DNA of 64,000 nt from Callorhinchus milii (lineage: Eukaryota). Numbering within the stretch: position 1 is the stretch's first letter; every line of letters begins with the position of its first letter. Location of the stretch: positions 117,678,001 through 117,742,000 of the forward strand of contig NW_024704742.1 in the NCBI RefSeq assembly GCF_018977255.1, given 5' to 3'. Positions 61,426 to 64,000 of this stretch are shown one piece after another. The notes beneath the pieces are model-generated. The model ran no database searches. It was not told where the DNA came from and was given only the letters and a program-made list of their open reading frames with translations. The position numbers were made by a program, and so were the translations under genes.

Positions 61426-64000
61426 AAAAAAGCAGCGTTGTACACCATAGCTTCCTCCATGATAGATGGAGAACTTGTCTGTTGCTCCCTTGCATCTTTG
61501 ACGGAAACCTGCCCATTTTGAAGGAAATTGTTGAAAGCATTCATCCAAACCAGTTCTAGGGGAAAGTGCCATTGGTTTGAAGACAAGAAGATGGCACGGG
61601 AATAGTTGGGGGGAAGGAAACAGTTCCAATTATATCTACAAATAGTCCTCATCCACTAATTTACTTAACTCCACAAAGAATTCCCTTTGTTAATGAGGTG
61701 TGACCAATTACTTATAAAGTCTTATTGATTGTTTCTTATTGCTATGTGTGCTGTTTGATAGCATCTGGTAAAATGCTCTTGAGCATTATCCCCTTTAACT
61801 TTGTTATACAAATTGATCAATAATTCCTGATTAATGTTTCACTCATTTTATGAACATCGGAATGGCCTTTGCTATCTAGTTACCTGGTACTATATGGTAT
61901 CAGCCTGGCTTAGTTGGTAGGACTCTAACCTCAAAATCATACGTTTGTGGGTTCAAACCCCATGTCAAGAGTTTGAATTCATATGGAGCCCACAAACAGT
62001 GAATGACCAATTTTATTTGAGGGATTGTTGACCAAGTCATCGGGAAAAAATTCCTAACTTTTGTCATGGCATCTTTAATGTCCACCTGAATGGGAAGACA
62101 GGACAGTTTAACCCCTCACCCAACAGATGGCACCTCTAACAATGAGCACTCCCCCAGTATTGTAGCGTGTGTTATTCCATCTTAGTCAAAATGAAGTGAC
62201 AACATTTCAGTTTTAAATTCTAGACCAGCTTTTAATCAATTATTTTAGTATCTGGTGAAGAACCCTGGGATCTCCCTGGCAATGTCTGAATTGTCCAATT
62301 GAGGCTCGAAGCCTCTGAACGAGCAGGAAAATTAGATTTCAGGCTTGGGTTGAGCAGCGATTCTGTGTTCCTTTGCCAGATAATGTCTGAAAAAGAATTA
62401 TTAAACAAAATAAATAAATTTAAAAGTACCGGATTCCTTAAAAGTCATTCTAAAGGTTAGAATTTAAAAGTGAAATACCTTCTCATTGTTTAAACCATGA
62501 TAGTGTGGAAAGAGCTGAAATGAAAGAGATGGGAGAAACTATTCTCCAGAGGTCAGAGGGGTATTCAACCCCAAGCAATCGTTTGGTCTTAAATAAAAAA
62601 CTACCTCAGATTCTCTTCTGGTAACAGCTGTTGCACAGCAATAGTTATCATGTCGGATGGTTATAAACTCTGCAGATACTGAGAAATCCAGAAATCGAAT
62701 TATCTCAAGAGATATTCCATCAAATCAGTATTTATTTTTTTACATGCCAGGAAGCATCGTGAAAAGAAACATAAACTTGGCAGTAGTCTTGAAACTTCTT
62801 CACTGTCATATCCACCATTTGGTGCCTCTAGGTTTTGGACAGTAAGAATAAAAGAAAAAAAAGTGCTTAACAGTGTGGTCTGCTGAAGACCTTTCTTTTC
62901 GACTGCGCCTTTGGTCACCTTCCCCCCCCCCTCCCCCGGCTCGGTTCCGGGATCCATTTTCTGTGAAGCGCTCTGAGACACCGTCCGGCGTGGAGGGCGC
63001 TATATAAATCCAAGTTGTTGTTTTTGTTGTTGATTAGTCTAATTTGCTATTTTTTCTTGCTTGATTCTTTAATAACGATTCTGAGCCACAAATAGCAACT
63101 ATTTCCAGTTATCTGGAGTATGGAACGCCATCTCACAGGAACTTCACTGTGGCTAACCTTCTGACTCAGATGCGACTCTCAACTAAGCCAATCTGATATC
63201 AAAGATTCCCTGTAGAAGACAACAGACAATTTGGACTCCAGTTACATCAACAAAGTATACTATGCTTGACATTAAACATAATTTGTGAAAACATTTCATG
63301 TCATGATAAAATGTTCATGAAAAGTTCTGTACAAGATCATTTGTGTTTTCTTACTTGTACTCATATATGCAGTATACAAATGAAGCATGAAGCATAGGGT
63401 GGGAGTGTTTTTTTTCACAGGAACGTTTTTTTGTCAATTATTAATGACTACATTTTCCATCTGTTCATGATATCATAGGGTGCAGTTGACAGTGCTGTTT
63501 GTCTTAGGTATATTATATTTCTGCTTTATGATTATTGCTGTCAGTTCATTTAAACATTACTTCCATCAAATCTGAATTTCGTGCATTGACTTCATGACTG
63601 ACAACAAATTGTTTTCAAAATGTAAAACACTGTATACTTAAAGTGGAAGTCTGGTGAAAAGGGCTGATGAGAACATCCCCTGGTTCACATATAATAACTT
63701 TACATGATATGAAGCCTCTTCATTTTCGTTAGTTCATCCAAAGTGTTCTTTATAGATGAAGTGAATTGGAGGTCATGAACAGTTTACACGAATAGTTTCC
63801 AAACTGGTGAACAAACAGGAGTGTATTTAAACACGCTGTCCTATTATTTGCTAAAATTCTCTCACTCCAATGTAATGTTAGCTGGTTTTAAAACATTGAA
63901 ATCCTACTGCTAAATACATGATGAAAGTTATTAACCTCAGTGAACTCTATAAACATGAAAAATCAATACTGTAGGCTATTTGCCAATTTTCTTATCTTTT

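Noticed and set aside
48000..64000. Possible exons of a neighbouring gene (for example PDE8B, expected from recalled synteny) and ORFs at 49422-49655 and 52159-52341
   Set aside because: No recognisable protein similarity or consistent splice structure.

Overview
Eukaryotic, intron-rich vertebrate DNA. The repeat families (tRNA/Deu-domain SINEs with L2-like tails, L2 and CR1 LINE fragments, a Penelope-like repeat) point to a cartilaginous fish; this is inference. Two spliced genes lie tail to tail. (1) The 3' part of AGGF1 on + : 9 coding exons from 5354 to 18963, with an acidic region, FHA domain and G-patch; the 5' exons are outside the window. (2) A complete 14-exon KHDC4/BLOM7/KIAA0907-like KH-domain gene on - : ATG at 46761, stop at 20319, 689 aa, with a CpG-island promoter. 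All exon phases were checked by hand and join into open frames. Main discovery: intron 10 of the KHDC4-like gene holds a complete box H/ACA snoRNA (30257-30386, -) resembling SNORA47. From my recollection of human annotation (not checked here), KHDC4 is at 1q22, while the slot next to AGGF1 at 5q13.3 is occupied by the hAT-derived gene ZBED3, which hosts SNORA47. This locus therefore looks like a surviving whole-genome-duplication paralogue of KHDC4, whose mammalian counterpart may have lost its coding exons, kept the snoRNA and been re-used by ZBED3. Other features: an internally deleted LTR element nested in an L2, two TIR elements with 8-bp TSDs, a ~200-bp duplication bracketing exon 1, and several templated insertions. 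I recognised no coding exons in 47.5-64 kb.
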